Assembly: GCA_001179505.1 (NCBI GenBank)
Contig: CDMY01000482.1
Location: forward strand, 1-64,000
Direction: 5' to 3'
Source: Vitrella brassicaformis CCMP3155
Taxonomy: Eukaryota > Protista > Chromerida
Length of the DNA: 64,000 nucleotides
A program made the position numbers and the translations under genes. Positions 59,364 through 64,000 of the stretch are shown here, one piece after another. Within the stretch, counting starts at the first letter, position 1. Every line of letters starts with the position of its first letter. The notes beneath the pieces were generated by a model. The model was given only the letters and a program-made list of their open reading frames with translations. It was not told the origin of the DNA and did not search any database.

Positions 59364-59976
59364 CTTGGCTCTGCCTGCCGTGCTATGGGACGAGACGGCC
59401 GGGATGGGTGGGATGCATAGGGTGGGATGCACACGGTGTAGTGGCGGGAAGGGAAGATGTGTCTGATCTCTGTGGCCATGCCGATCGGAGGGTTGGCGGG
59501 CGAGCGATGGCGGTTGGATAGTCATGTGAGCCGCAGCGACGAAGACAGTTGATGGGGACTGTTAGGACTGTGTGGCTTAGCCTTGCCTTGCCGTGCAATT
59601 GACGGCACCTAGATAAAGGAGTGAACGTCCTATTGTAGACCACCAGGCAGCTCAAGTTGGAGTATCAGCAGTAGCTCGGGGTAGCGAGTAGGAATGTGAG
59701 GAAGCCGGAAGAAGCATTCAGTGACGACGGAGGTCTCATGGACACGCAAGCTTGGGCTGGAACTCATGTCTCGTGGATCTCGCCCGTATAACTCAGTCTC
59801 CGCTCTAACTTCTCATCACCGGCAGGAACCTTCAATGAGCTTAGCTTACTACGATACGATGTGCACCGCATTAGCTGAATGGATCTGATCTCCACATGTG
59901 AGATCTTTGAGTCCGTTGCTACCTCTTCATTCACCTCCCTCCGCATCTGCCGGCCTGGCGACGCGAGGGCGCTGCG

Positions 59977-61099
59977 ATGCTTCGGCTGATCTTCTCTGTT
60001 GTTGTCCTCCCTGTGTGGTCATGGCTGGTCATCGAGAGCGGCGTGTTGGCCTACAGAATGGAGCCAGACGGTGAGTGAGTCACGCGTGCTCACGAGAGAG
60101 GGAGAGCGAGGGCAGAGAAGCAGGGTCACACACACGCAAACCAAGCGCCCCTTCTGTGTGTTGGGCTCTGTGTGAGTGATGGCGCTCTGTGTGTGTCATG
60201 CAGATGGCGAGTGCATTCGGAACGGCCGGAGGTCAGCTGCGTGCGCGGCGGCGAACAACGTCACAGTGGCCCCGCCGCCCGGCGCCTCGTGCTATGAGTG
60301 GAACTACGACTACATGGGCAACAACCTGACCGATCCCGTCACCGTCAGCACCATCGGCATGGTCGACCAGATCAGCGAGGCGCCCAACGCCACACTCGAC
60401 ATCAACGCCCTCGGCCACATGGTGGCGCGCCCATAGTAAGCACGTTCGCACAGGCATACCGAAACCTTTTCGTGAGTGAGTGATTGCATCAATCGCACCT
60501 ACGACACGACCTGTCTGTGTCTGTGTGTGTCACGTGTGGCTGACTGGCTGGCAGCGACTGCCAGCGCGGATGTCAGAGTTATGATGGTTGCGAGGCGTGG
60601 ACCTTCTCGAAGGTGGAGGGGTGTTACCTCAAGTCGTCGGCAGCGGGGCGGCGGTATGTGCCGGAGGACAACAGCGAGACCACCAGCAACTGGTATGTGA
60701 GCGGCGCCAAGTACTCGACTGACTGCGACGGTACACTCACTGCAGACAGACAGACATGATGACATACATCTCCGCGAGCTCATTATCTGCTGCCTGCCTG
60801 GGTGGGTGTCTGTCTGTCTGTCTGCCTGTCTGTCTGTCTGTCTGCCTGTCTGTCTGTTCCTTTGTTTGACGCATATCTAAAGGTGGTCTCGTGAGTCCTT
60901 GCTACGAGTATAACGTGAGTCCTCTCTGCCATCCCCCACCCGTCACTCTCTCATTTGGTGTGTCTTGTCGTGTGGTGTGCTATGCGTGTGACTGACTGTG
61001 TTTGCAGGTGGCGTGCATCCTGAGCGCCCCCCGGTCCCACTTCCCTGACGGCCGGGAGTCGACCACCATCCACGAGTGCCACGAGGTAGGCACCACACA

Positions 61100-61135
<36 letters not shown>

Positions 61136-63858
61136 TGAGATGTGCGCTGGTGGCGTGTGTGTGGCTGCCTGCAGATGTGCAAAGGGGTGCCCGGCTGTCT
61201 CGCCTTCGCCTGGCACGACCGGTACCCCCGCAAGGGCAAGGTGCTCAGGGGCGTGTGCTTCCTATGCGGCAACAAAGACAGGTAGGTCTGGTCCACACAA
61301 AGCAAGCAAGAATCATGAATTCCATCCGCTTTGTCCTCTCCCCTTTTGGTGTCTGCTCTGCATCTCCAGGAAGATGTGCTCGCCAGGCGCGGTGATGGGG
61401 TGGGTTGAGGGCCGCGACTGCGGGCCAGCGGAGGGCACGACCTTTCCCCCAGCCCCCACGCCGCCGCTCGACACAGACGGCCTGCACCTCATGGCCGCTG
61501 ATCCATCTCTCTATTACGGCCTGCCGATCGGCGAGAACGCCCGAGCACTCGGCAAGGGCGGAACACAAGAGGAGAAGGCGTTCTTGAGAGGCGACCTTGG
61601 GGCACCGCCGTATCTGACGGAGCCGCTGCGTTATGCGGTGCGGGCGAATGACCTGGCCCGTGTGGAGCTCAAGAACTGCGGCTGCTTCCATCTGGGCGTG
61701 CAGCCGGACCCTCAGACGTCGCAAATCGTCCAGAATCTAGCACTGTGAGCGCTCGTCCACGATTCATCGCACCCCAACCACACACACACAGAGTGTCTGT
61801 CGGTGCTAAGTGAGTGCTCGTGTCTGTCTGCCATGTGTGTGTGTGTGTGGTGAAGGTTGGTGTACCCCCCCGAGCAGTGCCAGCTCCTTTGCCAGCAGGA
61901 TCCCGACTGCGAGGCCTTCTCGTCCACCTTCTATAAGTGCCTCTTGTGGAGGGACGTCACGCAGTGGAACCTCGACCAAATCGAAGCTGTGATCATTTCG
62001 GGGCCCAAGTGGTGCCCGGAGGAGCTAATCGGTACGCAGAGAGATGTGTGTGTGTGTGCGCGTGTGTGCGTGTGTGAGTGTGTGTGTGTGCGTGTGGGCG
62101 TTGGTTGCAATGCAGCTCAGGGGTACGTGTGCAGCCTAGACCACTACCGGGCGAGGTTTACCTCCTGGGCGCTTTTCTTGCTGCACATTCCCGACATCAC
62201 CGACATGCCTTTCGGAGAGAGCTGCCCCGTCCAGGTAGACTAGACAACACGCAAAAACCAACACACAGATGACTGTCTGTCTGTCTGTCTGTGTCACCAG
62301 GTGAATCCTAGTGTGTTGATAGTGCTGCTGGTGGCGGGTGTGGTGGTGCTCATGGCGTTCCTGTCGGCTTGGTACATGAAGAGGCAGCACCGGCGGACGG
62401 TCATATGGCGCGTCGTGACGGCAGTGCTGGCCGCCCTCGGAACGATTCTACACGGTCAGCTCAGCTCAGCTCAACGGCCGCATCAATCAACGTTCGGTCT
62501 TTGTTTCGATGGGTATGTTGTGTTGATGGCTGTCTGTGTGTCTGTGTGTCTCTGTGTCTGTGTGTGTGTGTGTGTGCAGTGGCGTTTGTGGTGTCGTTGT
62601 TTCGTCTGTCGGGCAACGGGTGGCTCTTTTGGTTTGGGTGCGGACACTTCCTCTTCATGATCCTCTTCGATGAAATCACTGTCGTCCTCTACAACCTGAG
62701 ATGGGTATAGCACCAACTCCCCCACACCCACACCCACGCCCATGATCCATTCTCTCTCTCTCTCTCCCTCTCTCTCTCTCCCTGTCTACGTGTGTGTGAT
62801 CCCCCCATTGGATCAATCAGGTCATGAGCCAGCCCTCCTACCGGACCTGGTTCGACTCCACCCCCCGCTCTCTCAACGCCACGAAACACACCACCAACAG
62901 CGGCACCACCACCCCGTTCACCAACATTTTTGACCAGCTGAGCAGCAGCCAGACCCAAAGCCAAAGCGAGCGGAGAGAGTGGAAGCTGAAAAAGTCCGTC
63001 ACCTTCGAGGCCGTCCACCAGTCACCGCCGCCACCATCACCGCCTGTGCAGGAGGGCAACAGCAGCAACATCGTGCCAGACACCGACGACGACCTGGTGT
63101 CCTACTGCCCGTCGTTCAATGTCAGCGAGCTGTCCGACGAGGCCGTGTTCGGCCCCTTCCAGCACGAGCAGGCCCCACAGCTGCTCGACAGCACACAAGA
63201 CAATACAGAGGACACCCAGCCCTCGACCACCAGCAGCTGTGGATCCACAGCTGTCAGACTGACCGACAGCTGCCCGGTTGTCGATGTCAAGTTCTTCGCA
63301 GCCGAATCCACCGAGTGCGGCTCTGCCCAACACACCGACATGACCGAGTTGAAGGTGGCGATGGCAGAGCGAGGCGCCACAGAGGAGTGGGACGACGAGA
63401 GGGCCTTTGGCGGCAGCGGCCCGGGGCTGGTGGTGGTGCTCTTTGCGAGTTTTTTCTCAATCGGCGTTCTGCATCTGTGCTGGAGCCACCTGGTCCCCAA
63501 GAAGCCGTTCTTCGCTATCCCAGTGGCTTCCGACCAGTTCGCTTCGCTGGAGCTGCTCTCGCTGGTGGGGTATGTGCCCATGCTGACCTTACAAGTGAGT
63601 CAGCAGAGACTACAACACAACCACAGCACACCTTGTTTGTCGTCGTGTGTCCTTCATTATCCCCCGTGTGTGTGGTGTGTGTGTGGTTTGTCTGTCTGTC
63701 AGCTTCTGGCGGTGTTTATGAGTGGCGGGGACGGAGTGCTGGCCGATGTGATGCCGGCGGTGACTTTGACGGCTGCTCTGCTGTCGGCGATAAGCATAGC
63801 GGGGGTCGTGGTGCGGTTCGTGTGGTGGCGACTCAGGAAGGGAGATATGAGCAGATAG
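59977..63858 (+). CDS. Signal peptide + about three PAN/Apple-like domains + multipass transmembrane region, many exons
   Basis: Signal-like MLRLIFSVVVLPVWSWLV; CYEWNYDYMGNNL...DCQRGCQSYDGCEAWTFSKVEGCYLKSS; ECHE|MCKGVPGCLAFAW...GVCFL; EQCQLLCQQDPDCEAFSSTFYKCLLW...SGPKWC. Then at least six hydrophobic segments split by an acidic loop. Confidence 0.8.
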
Positions 63859-64000
63859 AAAAGGCCGACGAGAGAGGAGACAGCCAGAGAGAGAGGGAGG
63901 GATAGTCTCTCTGGTGTGGTGCTACGGTGTGGTTCGACTCGACGTGGCTTCGGTTTGTATGGGTCGGTGCGGTCGGTGCTGCAGTGGGTCTGTCTGTCTG

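Noticed and set aside
42293-59638. Calling the ankyrin cassette a Helitron
   Set aside because: It ends in GTAG rather than CTRR, the next base is not T, there is no shared 5' TC terminus and no Rep/helicase in the window. Kept only as an unexplained shared boundary.
59764-59946. 60-aa minus-strand ORF next to the PAN gene start
   Set aside because: Short, no motif, non-ATG start, and lies in a probable promoter region.
1-64000. rRNA, tRNA, snRNA genes, transposase or reverse transcriptase ORFs
   Set aside because: None recognised by eye. A tRNAscan-SE, Infernal and TE-domain scan would be needed to exclude them formally.

Overview
Eukaryotic, GC-rich, gene-dense nuclear DNA. It has short GT-AG introns full of (CA)n/(GTCT)n microsatellites and two 300-N assembly gaps. 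Intron style, a bipartite plastid-targeting leader and PAN/Apple proteins suggest a chromerid alga such as Vitrella brassicaformis; this is inference, not a database result. About 20 spliced genes were reconstructed by hand. Recognisable ones are U2A' (SNRPA1), TYW1, a RUS/DUF647 protein, a SMYD-like SET protein, a PhyH dioxygenase, a TPR/coiled-coil protein, a CTC1-like OB-fold protein, a RAD51B-like recombinase, alternative oxidase, an atypical kinase, an SMP/C2 lipid-transfer protein, a CNNM/DUF21-CBS transporter and a PAN/Apple multipass protein. Four dispersed copies of a CBM-like/ankyrin-like/F-box-like family are also present. Most notable: (1) an in-frame fusion of a ferredoxin-thioredoxin reductase variable-chain domain to a plastid-targeted RUS protein; (2) the four-copy ankyrin/F-box-like family with a shared 3' flank and end; (3) AOX with Asn at a diiron-ligand Glu position; (4) a flavodoxin-less TYW1 with a presequence-like N-terminus; (5) a PH-UIM-C2-TM-SMP-C2-C2 architecture; (6) tandem J-domains joined by a frame-shifted linker. 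No rRNA, tRNA, CRISPR array or transposase was recognised. Exon boundaries are manual and unverified by transcripts.
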